From NCBI GenBank assembly GCA_964016885.1, contig OZ024744.1:434001-498000 (forward strand): DNA of 64,000 bases. The letters are read 5' to 3'. The notes under the pieces were generated by a model. That model worked only from the letters and a program-made list of their open reading frames with translations. It had not been told where the DNA came from and made no database searches. Positions 38,101 to 53,100 of the stretch are shown here, piece after piece. Each line of letters opens with the position of its first letter. The stretch's first letter is position 1. Origin of the DNA: Eledone cirrhosa (Eukaryota). Both the position numbers and the translations under genes were made by a program.

Positions 38101-41100
38101 AGAACGAAGTTTTGAGGGAAGACAAGGTAGAGAAAGATAGCTTGGTGAAGAACGACGTTTTGAGGGAAGACAAGGTAGAGAAAGATAGCTTGGTGAAGAA
38201 CGACGTTTTGGGGGAAGAAAGGTAGAGAAAGATAGCTTGGTGAAGAACGACGTTTTGGGGGAAGAAAGGTAGAGAAAGATAGCTTGGTGAAGAACAAAGT
38301 TTTGGGGGAAGACAAGGTATAGAAAGATAGCTTGGTGAAGAACGAAGTATTGAGGGAAGACTCGGTAGAGAAAGATAGCTTGGTGAAGAACGAAGTTTTG
38401 AGGGAAGACAAGGTAGAGAAAGATAGCTTGGTGAAGAACGAGGTTTTGAGGGAAGACAAGGTAGAGAAAGATAGCTTGGTGAAGAACGACGTTTTGGGGG
38501 AAGAAAGGTAGAGAAAGATAGCTTGGTGAAGAACAAAGTTTTGGGGGAAGACAAGGTAGAGAAAGATAGCTTGGTGAAGAACGAAGTATTGAGGGAAGAC
38601 TCGGTAGAGAAAGATAGCTTGGTGAAGAACGAAGTTTTGAGGGAAGACAAGGTAGAGAAAGATAGCTTGGTGAAGAACGAGGTTTTGAGGGAAGACAAGG
38701 TAGAGAAAGATAGCTTGGTGAAGAACGAAGTTTTGGGGGAAGACAAGGTAGAGAAAGATAGCTTGGTGAAGAACGAAGTTTTGAGGGAAGACAAGGTAGA
38801 GAAAGATAGCTTGGTGAAGAACGAAGTTTTGAGGGAAGACAAGGTAGAGAAAGATAGCTTGGTGAAGAACGAAGTTTTGGGGGAAGACAAGGTAGAGAAA
38901 GATAGCTTGGTGAAAAACGAAGTTTTGAGGGAAGACAAGGTAGAGAAAGATAGCTTGGTGAAGAACGAAGTTTTAGGGGAAGACAATGTAGAGAAAGATA
39001 GCTTGCTGAAGAACGAAGTTTTGAGGGACGACAAAGTAGAGAAAGATAGCTTGGTGAAGAACGAAGTTTTGGGGAAGACAAGGTAGAGAAAGATAGCTTG
39101 GTGAAGAACGAAGTTTTGGGGGAAGACAAGGTAGAGAAATATAGCTTGGTGAAGAACGAAGTTTTGAGGGAAGACAAGGTAGAGAAAGATAGCTTGGTGA
39201 AGAACGAAGTTTTGAGGGAAGTCAAGGTAGAGAAAGATAGCTTGGTGAAGAACGACGTTTTGAGGGAATACAAGGTAGAGAAAGATAGCTTGGTGAAGAA
39301 CGACGTTTTGGGGGAAGACAAGGTAGAGAAAGATAGCTTGGTGAAGAACAACGTTTTGGGGGAAGACAAGGTAGAGAAAGATAGCTTGGTGAAGAACGAA
39401 GTATTGAGGGAAGACTAGGTAGAGAATGATAGTTGGTGAAGAACGAAGTTTTGAGGGAAGACAAGGTAGAGAAAGATAGCTTGGTGAAGAACGACGTTTT
39501 GAGGGAAGACAAGGTAGAGAAAGATAGCTTGGTGAAGAACGACGTTTTGGGGGAACACAAGGTAGAGAAAGATAGCTTGGTGAAGAACGAAGTTTTAGGG
39601 GAAGACAATGTAGAGAAAGATAGCTTGCTGAAGAACGAAGTTTTGAGGGACGACAAAGTAGAGAAAGATAGCTTGGTGAAGAACGAAGTTTTGGGGAAGA
39701 CAAGGTAGAGAAAGATAGCTTGGTGAAGAACGAAGTTTTGGGGGAAGACAAGGTAGAGAAATATAGCTTGGTGAAGAACGAAGTTTTGAGGGAAGACAAG
39801 GTAGAGAAAGATAGCTTGGTGAAGAACGAAGTTTTGAGGGAAGTCAAGGTAGAGAAAGATAGCTTGGTGAAGAACGACGTTTTGAGGGAAGACAAGGTAG
39901 AGAAAGATAGCTTGGTGAAGAACGACGTTTTGGGGGAAGACAAGGTAGAGAAAGATAGCTTGGTGAAGAACAACGTTTTGGGGGAAGACAAGGTAGAGAA
40001 AGAAAGCTTGGTGAAGAACGAAGTATTGAGGGAAGACTAGGTAGAGAATGATAGTTGGTGAAGAACGAAGTTTTGAGGGAAGACAAGGTAGAGAAAGATA
40101 GCTTGGTGAAGAACGACGTTTTGAGGGAAGACAAGGTAGAGAAAGATAGCTTGGTGAAGAACGACGTTTTGGGGGAAGAAAGGTAGAGAAAGATAGCTTG
40201 GTGAAGAACAAAGTTTTGGGGGAAGACAAGGTAGAGAAAGATAGCTTGGTGAAGAACGAAGTATTGAGGGAAGACTCGGTAGAGAAAGATAGCTTGGTGA
40301 AGAACGAAGTTTTGAGGGAAGACAAGGTAGAGAAAGATAGCTTGGTGAAGAACGAGGTTTTGAGGGAAGACAAGGTAGAGAAAGATAGCTTGGTGAAGAA
40401 CGACGTTTTGGGGGAAGAAAGGTAGAGAAAGATAGCTTGGTGAAGAACAAAGTTTTGGGGGAAGACAAGGTAGAGAAAGATAGCTTGGTGAAGAACGAAG
40501 TAATGAGGGAAGACTCGGTAGAGAAAGATAGCTTGGTGAAGAACGAAGTTTTGAGGGAAGACAAGGTAGAGAAAGATAGCTTGGTGAAGAACGATGTTTT
40601 GAGGGAAGACAAGGTAGAGAAAGATAGCTTGGTGAAGAACGACGTTTTGAGGGAAGACAAGGTAGAGAAAGATAGCTTGGTGAAGAACGACGTTTTGGGG
40701 GAAGAAAGGTAGAGAAAGATAGCTTGGTGAAGAACAAAGTTTTGGGGGAAGACAAGGTATAGAAAGATAGCTTGGTGAAGAACGAAGTATTGAGGGAAGA
40801 CTCGGTAGAGAAAGATTGCTTGGTGAAGAACGAAGTTTTGAGGGAAGACAAGGTAGAGAAAGATAGCTTGGTGAAGAACGAGGTTTTGAGGGAAGACAAG
40901 GTAGAGAAAGATAGCTTGGTGAAGAACGACGTTTTGGGGGAAGAAAGGTAGAGAAAGATAGCTTGGTGAAGAACAAAGTTTTGGGGGAAGACAAGGTAGA
41001 GAAAGATAGCTTGGTGAAGAACGAAGTATTGAGGGAAGACAAGGTAGAGAAAGATAGCTTGGTGAAGAACGAAGTTTTGAGGGAAGACAAGGTAGAGAAA

Positions 41101-44100
41101 GATAGCTTGGTGAAGAACGAAGTTTTGGGGAAGACAAGGTAGAGAAAGATAGCTTGGTGAAGAACGAAGTTTTGGGGGAAGACAAGGTAGAGAAATATAG
41201 CTTGGTGAAGAACGAAGTTTTGAGGGAAGACAAGGTAGAGAAAGATAGCTTGGTGAAGAACGAAGTTTTGAGGGAAGTCATGGTAGAGAGAGATAGCTTG
41301 GTGAAGAACGACGTTTTGAGGGAAGACAAGGTAGAGAAAGATAGCTTGGTGAAGAACGACGTTTTGGGGGAAGACAAGGTAGAGAAAGATAGCTTGGTGA
41401 AGAACAACGTTTTGGGGGAAGACAAGGTAGAGAAAGATAGCTTGGTGAAGAACGAAGTATTGAGGGAAGACTAGGTAGAGAAAGATAGTTGGTGAAGAAC
41501 GAAGTTTTGAGGGAAGACAAGGTAGAGAAAGATAGCTTGGTGAAGAACGACGTTTTGAGGGAAGACAAGGTAGAGAAAGATAGCTTGGTGAAGAACGACG
41601 TTTTGGGGGAAGAAAGGCAGAGAAAGATAGCTTGGTGAAGAACAAAATTTTGGGGGAAGACAAGGTAGAGAAAGATAGCTTGGTGAAGAACGAAGTATTG
41701 CGGGAAGACAAGGTAGAGAAAGATAGCTTGGTGAAGAACGAAGTTTTGAGGGAAGACAAGGTAGAGAAAGATAGCTTGGTGAAGAACGAGGTTTTGAGGG
41801 AAGACAAGGTAGAGAAAGATAGCTTGGTGAAGAACGACGTTTTGGGGGAAGAAAGGTAGAGAAAGATAGCTTGGTGTAGAACAAAGTTTTGGGGGAAGAC
41901 AAGGTAGAGAAAGATAGCTTGGTGAAGAACGAAGTATTGAGGGAAGACTCGGTAGAGAAAGATAGCTTGGTGAAGAACGAAGTTTTGAGGGAAGACAAGG
42001 TAGAGAAAGATAGCTTGGTGAAGAACGAGGTTTTGAGGGAAGACAAGGTAGAGAAAGATAGCTTGGTGAAGAACGAAGTTTTGGGGGAAGACAAGGTAGA
42101 GAAAGATAGCTTGGTGAAGAACGAAGTTTTGAGGGAAGACAAGGTAGAGAAAGATAGCTTGGTGAAGAACGAAGTTTTGGGGGAAGACAATGTAGAGAAA
42201 GATAGCTTGCTGAAGAACGAAGTTTTGAGGGACGACAAAGTAGAGAAAGATAGCTTGGTGAAGAACGAAGTTTTGGGGAAGACAAGGTAGAGAAAGATAG
42301 CTTGGTGAAGAACGAAGTTTTGGGGGAAGACAAGGTAGAGAAATATAGCTTGGTGAAGAAAGAAGTTTTGAGGGAAGACAAGGTAGAGAAAGATAGCTTG
42401 GTGAAGAACGACGTTTTGGGGGAACACAAGGTAGAGAAAGATAGCTTGGTGAAGAACGAAGTTTTAGGGGAAGACAAGGTAGAGAAAGATAGCTTGGTGA
42501 AGAACGAAGTTTTGAGGGAAGTCATGGTAGAGAATGATAGTTGGTGAAGAACGAAGTTTTGAGGGAAGACAAGGTAGAGAAAGATAGCTTGGTGAAGAAC
42601 GACGTTTTGAGGGAAGACAAGGTAGAGAAAGATAGCTTGGTGAAGAACGACGTTTTGGGGGAACACAAGGTAGAGAAAGATAGCTTGGTGAAGAACGAAG
42701 TTTTAGGGGAAGACAATGTAGAGAAAGATAGCTTGCTGAAGAACGAAGTTTTGAGGGACGACAAAGTAGAGAAAGATAGCTTGGTGAAGAACGAAGTTTT
42801 GGGGAAGACAAGGTAGAGAAAGATAGCTTGGTGAAGAACGAAGTTTTGGGGGAAGACAAGGTAGAGAAATATAGCTTGGTGAAGAACGAAGTTTTGAGGG
42901 AAGACAAGGTAGAGAAAGATAGCTTGGTGAAGAACGAAGTTTTGAGGGAAGTCAAGGTAGAGAAAGATAGCTTGGTGAAGAACGACGTTTTGAGGGAAGA
43001 CAAGGTAGAGAAAGATAGCTTGGTGAAGAACGACGTTTTGGGGGAAGACAAGGTAGAGAAAGATAGCTTGGTGAAGAACAACGTTTTGGGGGAAGACAAG
43101 GTAGAGAAAGAAAGCTTGGTGAAGAACGAAGTATTGAGGGAAGACTAGGTAGAGAATGATAGTTGGTGAAGAACGAAGTTTTGAGGGAAGACAAGGTAGA
43201 GAAAGATAGCTTGGTGAAGAACGACGTTTTGAGGGAAGACAAGGTAGAGAAAGATAGCTTGGTGAAGAACGACGTTTTGGGGGAAGAAAGGTAGAGAAAG
43301 ATAGCTTGGTGAAGAACAAAGTTTTGGGGGAAGACAAGGTAGAGAAAGATAGGTTGGTGAAGAACGAAGTATTGAGGGAAGACTCGGTAGAGAAAGATAG
43401 CTTGGTGAAGAACGAAGTTTTGAGGGAAGACAAGGTAGAGAAAGATAGCTTGGTGAAGAACGAGGTTTTGAGGGAAGACAAGGTAGAGAAAGATAGCTTG
43501 GTGAAGAACGACGTTTTGGGGGAAGAAAGGTAGAGAAAGATAGCTTGGTGAAGAACAAAGTTTTGGGGGAAGACAAGGTAGAGAAAGATAGCTTGGTGAA
43601 GAACGAAGTAATGAGGGAAGACTCGGTAGAGAAAGATAGCTTGGTGAAGAACGAAGTTTTGAGGGAAGACAAGGTAGAGAAAGATAGCTTGGTGAAGAAC
43701 GATGTTTTGAGGGAAGACAAGGTAGAGAAAGATAGCTTGGTGAAGAACGACGTTTTGAGGGAAGACAAGGTAGAGAAAGATAGCTTGGTGAAGAACGACG
43801 TTTTGGGGGAAGAAAGGTAGAGAAAGATAGCTTGGTGAAGAACAAAGTTTTGGGGGAAGACAAGGTATAGAAAGATAGCTTGGTGAAGAACGAAGTATTG
43901 AGGGAAGACTCGGTAGAGAAAGATTGCTTGGTGAAGAACGAAGTTTTGAGGGAAGACAAGGTAGAGAAAGATAGCTTGGTGAAGAACGAGGTTTTGAGGG
44001 AAGACAAGGTAGAGAAAGATAGCTTGGTGAAGAACGACGTTTTGGGGGAAGAAAGGTAGAGAAAGATAGCTTGGTGAAGAACAAAGTTTTGGGGGAAGAC

Positions 44101-47100
44101 AAGGTAGAGAAAGATAGCTTGGTGAAGAACGAAGTATTGAGGGAAGACAAGGTAGAGAAAGATAGCTTGGTGAAGAACGAAGTTTTGAGGGAAGACAAGG
44201 TAGAGAAAGATAGCTTGGTGAAGAACGAAGTTTTGGGGAAGACAAGGTAGAGAAAGATAGCTTGGTGAAGAACGAAGTTTTGGGGGAAGACAAGGTAGAG
44301 AAATATAGCTTGGTGAAGAACGAAGTTTTGAGGGAAGACAAGGTAGAGAAAGATAGCTTGGTGAAGAACGAAGTTTTGAGGGAAGTCATGGTAGAGAGAG
44401 ATAGCTTGGTGAAGAACGACGTTTTGAGGGAAGACAAGGTAGAGAAAGATAGCTTGGTGAAGAACGACGTTTTGGGGGAAGACAAGGTAGAGAAAGATAG
44501 CTTGGTGAAGAACAACGTTTTGGGGGAAGACAAGGTAGAGAAAGATAGCTTGGTGAAGAACGAAGTATTGAGGGAAGACTAGGTAGAGAAAGATAGTTGG
44601 TGAAGAACGAAGTTTTGAGGGAAGACAAGGTAGAGAAAGATAGCTTGGTGAAGAACGACGTTTTGAGGGAAGACAAGGTAGAGAAAGATAGCTTGGTGAA
44701 GAACGACGTTTTGGGGGAAGAAAGGCAGAGAAAGATAGCTTGGTGAAGAACAAAATTTTGGGGGAAGACAAGGTAGAGAAAGATAGCTTGGTGAAGAACG
44801 AAGTATTGCGGGAAGACAAGGTAGAGAAAGATAGCTTGGTGAAGAACGAAGTTTTGAGGGAAGACAAGGTAGAGAAAGATAGCTTGGTGAAGAACGAGGT
44901 TTTGAGGGAAGACAAGGTAGAGAAAGATAGCTTGGTGAAGAACGACGTTTTGGGGGAAGAAAGGTAGAGAAAGATAGCTTGGTGTAGAACAAAGTTTTGG
45001 GGGAAGACAAGGTAGAGAAAGATAGCTTGGTGAAGAACGAAGTATTGAGGGAAGACTCGGTAGAGAAAGATAGCTTGGTGAAGAACGAAGTTTTGAGGGA
45101 AGACAAGGTAGAGAAAGATAGCTTGGTGAAGAACGAGGTTTTGAGGGAAGACAAGGTAGAGAAAGATAGCTTGGTGAAGAACGAAGTTTTGGGGGAAGAC
45201 AAGGTAGAGAAAGATAGCTTGGTGAAGAACGAAGTTTTGAGGGAAGACAAGGTAGAGAAAGATAGCTTGGTGAAGAACGAAGTTTTGGGGGAAGACAATG
45301 TAGAGAAAGATAGCTTGCTGAAGAACGAAGTTTTGAGGGACGACAAAGTAGAGAAAGATAGCTTGGTGAAGAACGAAGTTTTGGGGAAGACAAGGTAGAG
45401 AAAGATAGCTTGGTGAAGAACGAAGTTTTGGGGGAAGACAAGGTAGAGAAATATAGCTTGGTGAAGAAAGAAGTTTTGAGGGAAGACAAGGTAGAGAAAG
45501 ATAGCTTGGTGAAGAACGAAGTTTTGAGGGAAGTCAAGGTAGAGAAAGATAGCTTGGTGAAGAACGAGGTTTTGAGGGAAGACAAGGTAGAGAAAGATAG
45601 CTTGGTGAAAAACGACGTTTTGGGGGAAGACAAGGTAGAGAAAGATAGCTTGGTGAAGAACAACGTTTTGGGGGAAGACAAGGTAGAGAAAGATAGCTTG
45701 GTGAAGAACGAAGTATTGAGGGAAGACTAGGTAGAGAAAGATAGTTGGTGAAGAACGAAGTTTTGAGGGAAGACAAGGTAGAGAAAGATAGCTTGGTGAA
45801 GAACGACGTTTTGAGGGAAGACAAGGTAGAAAAAGATAGCTTGGTGAAGAACGACGTTTTGGGGGAAGAAAGGTAGAGAAAGATAGCTTGGTGAAGAACA
45901 AAGTTTTTGGGGAAGACAAGGTAGAGAAAGATAGCTTGGTGAAGAACGAAGTATTGAGGGAAGACTCGGTAGAGAAAGATAGCTTGGTGAAGAACGAAGA
46001 TTTGAGGGAAGACAAGGTAGAGAAAGATAGCTTTGTGAAGAACGAGGTTTTGAGGGAAGACAAGGTAGAGAAAGATAGCTTGGTGAAGAACGACGTTTTG
46101 GGGGAAGAAAGGTAGAGAAAGATAGCTTGGTGAAGAACAAAGTTTTGGGGGAAGACAAGGTAGAGAAAGATAGCTTGGTGAAGAACGAAGTATTGAGGGA
46201 AGACTCGGTAGAGAAAGATAGCTTGGTGAAGAACGAAGTTTTGAGGGAAGACAAGGTAGAGAAAGATAGCTTGGTGAAGAACGAGGTTTTGAGGGAAGAC
46301 AATGTAGAGAAAGATAGCTTGGTGAAGAACGACGTTTTGGGGGAAGACAAGGTAGAGAAAGATAGCTTGGTGAAGAACGAAGTTTTGGGGGAAGACGAGG
46401 TAGAGAAAGATAGCTTGGTGAAGAACGAAGTTTTGAGGGAACATAAGGTAGAGAAAGATAGCTTGGTGAAGAACGAAGTTTTGAGGGAAGACAAGGTAGA
46501 GAAAGATAGCTTGGTGAAGAACGAAGTTTTGAGGGAAGACAAGGTAGAGAAAGATAGCTTGGTGAAGAACGAAGTTTTGGGGGAAGACAATGTAGAGAAA
46601 GATAGCTTGGTGAAGAACGAAGTTTTGAGGGACGACAAAGTAGAGAAAGATAGCTTGGTGAAGAACGAAGTTTTGGGGAAGACAAGGTAGAGAAAGATAG
46701 CTTGGTGAAGAACGAAGTTTTGGGGGAAGACAAGGTAGAGAAATATAGCTTGGTGAAGAACGAAGTTTTGAGGGAAGACAAGGTAGAGAAAGATAGCTTG
46801 GTGAAGAACGAAGTTTTGAGGGAAGTCAAGGTAGAGAAAGATAGCTTGGTGAAGAACGACGTTTTGAGGGAAGACAAGGTAGAGAAAGATAGCTTGGTGA
46901 AGAACGACGTTTTGGGGGAAGACAAGGTAGAGAAAGATAGCTTGGTGAAGAACAACGTTTTGGGGGAAGACAAGGTAGAGAAAGATAGCTTGGTGAAGAA
47001 CGAAGTATTGAGGGAAGACTAGGTAGAGAATGATAGTTGGTGAAGAACGAAGTTTTGAGGGAAGACAAGGTAGAGAAAGATAGCTTGGTGAAGAACGACG

Positions 47101-50100
47101 TTTTGAGGGAAGACAAGGTAGAGAAAGATAGCTTGGTGAAGAACGACGTTTTGGGGGAAGAAAGGTAGAGAAAGATAGCTTGGTGAAGAACAAAGTTTTG
47201 GGGGAAGACAGCGTAGAGAAAGATAGCTTGGTGAAGAACGAAGTATTGAGGGAAGACTCGGTAGAGAAAGATAGCTTGGTGAAGAACGAAGTTTTGAGGG
47301 AAGACAAGGTAGAGAAAGATAGCTTGGTGAAGAACGAGGTTTTGAGGGAAGACAAGGTAGAGAAAGATAGCTTGGTGAAGAACGACGTTTTGGGGGAAGA
47401 AGGGTAGAGAAAGATAGCTTGGTGAAGAACAAAGTTTTGGGGGAAGACAAGGTAGAGAAAGATAGCTTGGTGAAGAACGAAGTATTGAGGGAAGACTCGG
47501 TAGAGAAAGATAGCTTGGTGAAGAACGAAGTTTTGAGGGAAGACAAGGTAGAGAAAGATAGCTTGGTGAAGAACGAGGTTTTGAGGGAAGACAATGTAGA
47601 GAAAGATAGCTTGGTGAAGAACGACGTTTTGGGGGAAGACAAGGTAGAGAAAGATAGCTTGGTGAAGAACGAAGTTTTGGGGGAAGACGAGGTAGAGAAA
47701 GATAGCTTGGTGAAGAACGAAGTTTTGAGGGAACATAAGGTAGAGAAAGATAGCTTGGTGAAGAACGAAGTTTTGAGGGAAGACAAGGTAGAGAAAGATA
47801 GCTTGGTGAAGAACGAAGTTTTGAGGGAAGACAAGGTAGAGAAAGATAGCTTGGTGAAGAACGAAGTTTTGGGGGAAGACAATGTAGAGAAAGATAGCTT
47901 GGTGAAGAACGAAGTTTTGAGGGACGACAAAGTAGAGAAAGATAGCTTGGTGAAGAACGAAGTTTTGGGGAAGACAAGGTAGAGAAAGATAGCTTGGTGA
48001 AGAACGAAGTTTTGGGGGAAGACAAGGTAGAGAAATATAGCTTGGTGAAGAACGAAGTTTTGAGGGAAGACAAGGTAGAGAAAGATAGCTTGGTGAAGAA
48101 CGAAGTTTTGAGGGAAGTCAAGGTAGAGAAAGATAGCTTGGTGAAGAACGACGTTTTGAGGGAAGACAAGGTAGAGAAAGATAGCTTGGTGAAGAACGAC
48201 GTTTTGGGGGAAGACAAGGTAGAGAAAGATAGCTTGGTGAAGAACAACGTTTTGGGGGAAGACAAGGTAGAGAAAGATAGCTTGGTGAAGAACGAAGTAT
48301 TGAGGGAAGACTAGGTAGAGAATGATAGTTGGTGAAGAACGAAGTTTTGAGGGAAGACAAGGTAGAGAAAGATAGCTTGGTGAAGAACGACGTTTTGAGG
48401 GAAGACAAGGTAGAGAAAGATAGCTTGGTGAAGAACGACGTTTTGGGGGAAGAAAGGTAGAGAAAGATAGCTTGGTGAAGAACAAAGTTTTGGGGGAAGA
48501 CAGCGTAGAGAAAGATAGCTTGGTGAAGAACGAAGTATTGAGGGAAGACTCGGTAGAGAAAGATAGCTTGGTGAAGAACGAAGTTTTGAGGGAAGACAAG
48601 GTAGAGAAAGATAGCTTGGTGAAGAACGAGGTTTTGAGGGAAGACAAGGTAGAGAAAGATAGCTTGGTGAAGAACGACGTTTTGGGGGAAGAAGGGTAGA
48701 GAAAGATAGCTTGGTGAAGAACAAAGTTTTGGGGGAAGACAAGGTAGAGAAAGATAGCTTGGTGAAGAACGAAGTATTGAGGGAAGACTCGGTAGAGAAA
48801 GATAGCTTGGTGAAGAACGAAGTTTTGAGGGAAGACAAGGTAGAGAAAGATAGCTTGGTGAAGAACGATGTTTTGAGGGAAGACAAGGAAGAGAAAGATA
48901 GCTTGGTGAAGAACGACGTTTTGAGGGAAGACAAGGTAGAGAAAGATAGCTTGGTGAAGAACGACGTTTTGGGGGAAGAAAGGTAGAGCAAGATAGCTTG
49001 GTGAAGAACAAAGTTTTGGGGGAAGACAAGGTAGAGAAAGATAGCTTGGTGAAGAACGAAGTATTGAGGGAAGACTCGGTAGAGAAAGATAGCTTGGTGA
49101 AGAACGAAGTTTTGAGGGAAGACAAGGTAGAGAAAGATAGCTTGGTGAAGAACGAGGTTTTGAGGGAAGACAAGGTAGAGAAAGATAGCTTGGTGAAGAA
49201 CGACGTTTTGGGGGAAGAAAGGTAGAGAAAGATAGCTTGGTGAAGAACAAAGTTTTGGGGGAAGACAAGGTAGAGAAAGATAGCTTGGTGAAGAACGAAG
49301 TAATGAGGGAAGACTCGGTAGAGAAAGATAGCTTGGTGAAGAACGAAGTTTTGAGGGAAGACAAGGTAGAGAAAGATAGCTTGGTGAAGAACGATGTTTT
49401 GAGGGAAGACAAGGTAGAGAAAGATAGCTTGGTGAAGAACGACGTTTTGAGGGAAGACAAGGTAGAGAAAGATAGCTTGGTGAAGAACGACGTTTTGGGG
49501 GAAGAAAGGTAGAGAAAGATAGCTTGGTGAAGAACAAAGTTTTGGGGGAAGACAAGGTATAGAAAGATAGCTTGGTGAAGAACGAAGTATTGAGGGAAGA
49601 CTCGGTAGAGAAAGATTGCTTGGTGAAGAACGAAGTTTTGAGGGAAGACAAGGTAGAGAAAGATAGCTTGGTGAAGAACGAGGTTTTGAGGGAAGACAAG
49701 GTAGAGAAAGATAGCTTGGTGAAGAACGACGTTTTGGGGGAAGAATGGTAGAGAAAGATAGCTTGGTGAAGAACAAAGTTTTGGGGGAAGACAAGGTAGA
49801 GAAAGATAGCTTGGTGAAGAACGAAGTATTGAGGGAAGACAAGGTAGAGAAAGATAGCTTGGTGAAGAACGAAGTTTTGAGGGAAGACAAGGTAGAGAAA
49901 GATAGCTTGGTGAAGAACGAAGTTTTGGGGAAGACAAGGTAGAGAAAGATAGCTTGGTGAAGAACGAAGTTTTGGGGGAAGACAAGGTAGAGAAATATAG
50001 CTTGGTGAAGAACGAAGTTTTGAGGGAAGACAACGTAGAGAAAGATAGCTTGGTGAAGAACGAAGTTTTGAGGGAAGTCATGGTAGAGAGAGATAGCTTG

Positions 50101-53100
50101 GTGAAGAACGACGTTTTGAGGGAAGACAAGGTAGAGAAAGATAGCTTGGTGAAGAACGACGTTTTGGGGGAAGACAAGGTAGAGAAAGATAGCTTGGTGA
50201 AGAACAACGTTTTGGGGGAAGACAAGGTAGAGAAAGATAGCTTGGTGAAGAACGAAGTATTGAGGGAAGACTAGGTAGAGAAAGATAGTTGGTGAAGAAC
50301 GAAGTTTTGAGGGAAGACAAGGTAGAGAAAGATAGCTTGGTGAAGAACGACGTTTTGAGGGAAGACAAGGTAGAGAAAGATAGCTTGGTGAAGAACGACG
50401 TTTTGGGGGAAGAAAGGCAGAGAAAGATAGCTTGGTGAAGAACAAAATTTTGGGGGAAGACAAGGTAGAGAAAGATAGCTTGGTGAAGAACGAAGTATTG
50501 CGGGAAGACAAGGTAGAGAAAGATAGCTTGGTGAAGAACGAAGTTTTGAGGGAAGACAAGGTAGAGAAAGATAGCTTGGTAAAGAACGAGGTTTTGAGGG
50601 AAGACAAGGTAGAGAAAGATAGCTTGGTGAAGAACGACGTTTTGGGGGAAGAAAGGTAGAGAAAGATAGCTTGGTGTAGAACAAAGTTTTGGGGGAAGAC
50701 AAGGTAGAGAAAGATAGCTTGGTGAAGAACGAAGTATTGAGGGAAGACTCGGTAGAGAAAGATAGCTTGGTGAAGAACGAAGTTTTGAGGGAAGACAAGG
50801 TAGAGAAAGATAGCTTGGTGAAGAACGAGGTTTTGAGGGAAGACAAGGTAGAGAAAGATAGCTTGGTGAAGAACGAAGTTTTGGGGGAAGACAAGGTAGA
50901 GAAAGATAGCTTGGTGAAGAACGAAGTTTTGAGGGAAGACAAGGTAGAGAAAGATAGCTTGGTGAAGAACGAAGTTTTGGGGGAAGACAATGTAGAGAAA
51001 GATAGCTTGCTGAAGAACGAAGTTTTGAGGGACGACAAAGTAGAGAAAGATAGCTTGGTGAAGAACGAAGTTTTGGGGAAGACAAGGTAGAGAAAGATAG
51101 CTTGGTGAAGAACGAAGTTTTGGGGGAAGACAAGGTAGAGAAATATAGCTTGGTGAAGAAAGAAGTTTTGAGGGAAGACAAGGTAGAGAAAGATAGCTTG
51201 GTGAAGAACGAAGTTTTGAGGGAAGTCAAGGTAGAGAAAGATAGCTTGGTGAAGAACGAGGTTTTGAGGGAAGACAAGGTAGAGAAAGATAGCTTGGTGA
51301 AGAACGACGTTTTGGGGGAAGACAAGGTAGAGAAAGATAGCTTGGTGAAGAACAACGTTTTGGGGGAAGACAAGGTAGAGAAAGATAGCTTGGTGAAGAA
51401 CGAAGTATTGAGGGAAGACTAGGTAGAGAAAGATAGTTGGTGAAGAACGAAGTTTTGAGGGAAGACAAGGTAGAGAAAGATAGCTTGGTGAAGAACGACG
51501 TTTTGAGGGAAGACAAGGTAGAAAAAGATAGCTTGGTGAAGAACGACGTTTTGGGGGAAGAAAGGTAGAGAAAGATAGCTTGGTGAAGAACAAAGTTTTT
51601 GGGGAAGACAAGGTAGAGAAAGATAGCTTGGTGAAGAACGAAGTATTGAGGGAAGACTCGGTAGAGAAAGATAGCTTGGTGAAGAACGAAGATTTGAGGG
51701 AAGACAAGGTAGAGAAAGATAGCTTTGTGAAGAACGAGGTTTTGAGGGAAGACAAGGTAGAGAAAGATAGCTTGGTGAAGAACGACGTTTTGGGGGAAGA
51801 AAGGTAGAGAAAGATAGCTTGGTGAAGAACAAAGTTTTGGGGGAAGACAAGGTAGAGAAAGATAGCTTGGTGAAGAACGAAGTATTGAGGGAAGACTCGG
51901 TAGAGAAAGATAGCTTGGTGAAGAACGAAGTTTTGAGGGAAGACAAGGTAGAGAAAGATAGCTTGGTGAAGAACGAGGTTTTGAGGGAAGACAATGTAGA
52001 GAAAGATAGCTTGGTGAAGAACGACGTTTTGGGGGAAGACAAGGTAGAGAAAGATAGCTTGGTGAAGAACGAAGTTTTGGGGGAAGACAATGTAGAGAAA
52101 GATAGCTTGGTGAAGAACGAAGTTTTGAGGGACGACAAAGTAGAGAAAGATAGCTTGGTGAAGAACGAAGTTTTGGGGAAGACAAGGTAGAGAAAGATAG
52201 CTTGGTGAAGAACGAAGTTTTGGGGGAAGACAAGGTAGAGAAATATAGCTTGGTGAAGAACGAAGTTTTGAGGGAAGACAAGGTAGAGAAAGATAGCTTG
52301 GTGAAGAACGAAGTTTTGAGGGAAGTCAAGGTAGAGAAAGATAGCTTGGTGAAGAACGACGTTTTGAGGGAAGACAAGGTAGAGAAAGATAGCTTGGTGA
52401 AGAACGACGTTTTGGGGGAAGACAAGGTAGAGAAAGATAGCTTGGTGAAGAACAACGTTTTGGGGGAAGACAAGGTAGAGAAAGATAGCTTGGTGAAGAA
52501 CGAAGTATTGAGGGAAGACTAGGTAGAGAATGATAGTTGGTGAAGAACGAAGTTTTGAGGGAAGACAAGGTAGAGAAAGATAGCTTGGTGAAGAACGAGG
52601 TTTTGAGGGAAGACAAGGTAGAGAAAGATAGCTTGGTGAAGAACGACGTTTTGGGGGAAGAAAGGTAGAGAAAGATAGCTTGGTGAAGAACAAAGTTTTG
52701 GGGGAAGACAGCGTAGAGAAAGATAGCTTGGTGAAGAACGAAGTATTGAGGGAAGACTCGGTAGAGAAAGATAGCTTGGTGAAGAACGAAGTTTTGAGGG
52801 AAGACAAGGTAGAGAAAGATAGCTTGGTGAAGAACGAGGTTTTGAGGGAAGACAAGGTAGAGAAAGATAGCTTGGTGAAGAACGACGTTTTGGGGGAAGA
52901 AGGGTAGAGAAAGATAGCTTGGTGAAGAACAAAGTTTTGGGGGAAGACAAGGTAGAGAAAGATAGCTTGGTGAAGAACGAAGTATTGAGGGAAGACTCGG
53001 TAGAGAAAGATAGCTTGGTGAAGAACGAAGTTTTGAGGGAAGACAAGGTAGAGAAAGATAGCTTGGTGAAGAACGATGTTTTGAGGGAAGACAAGGAAGA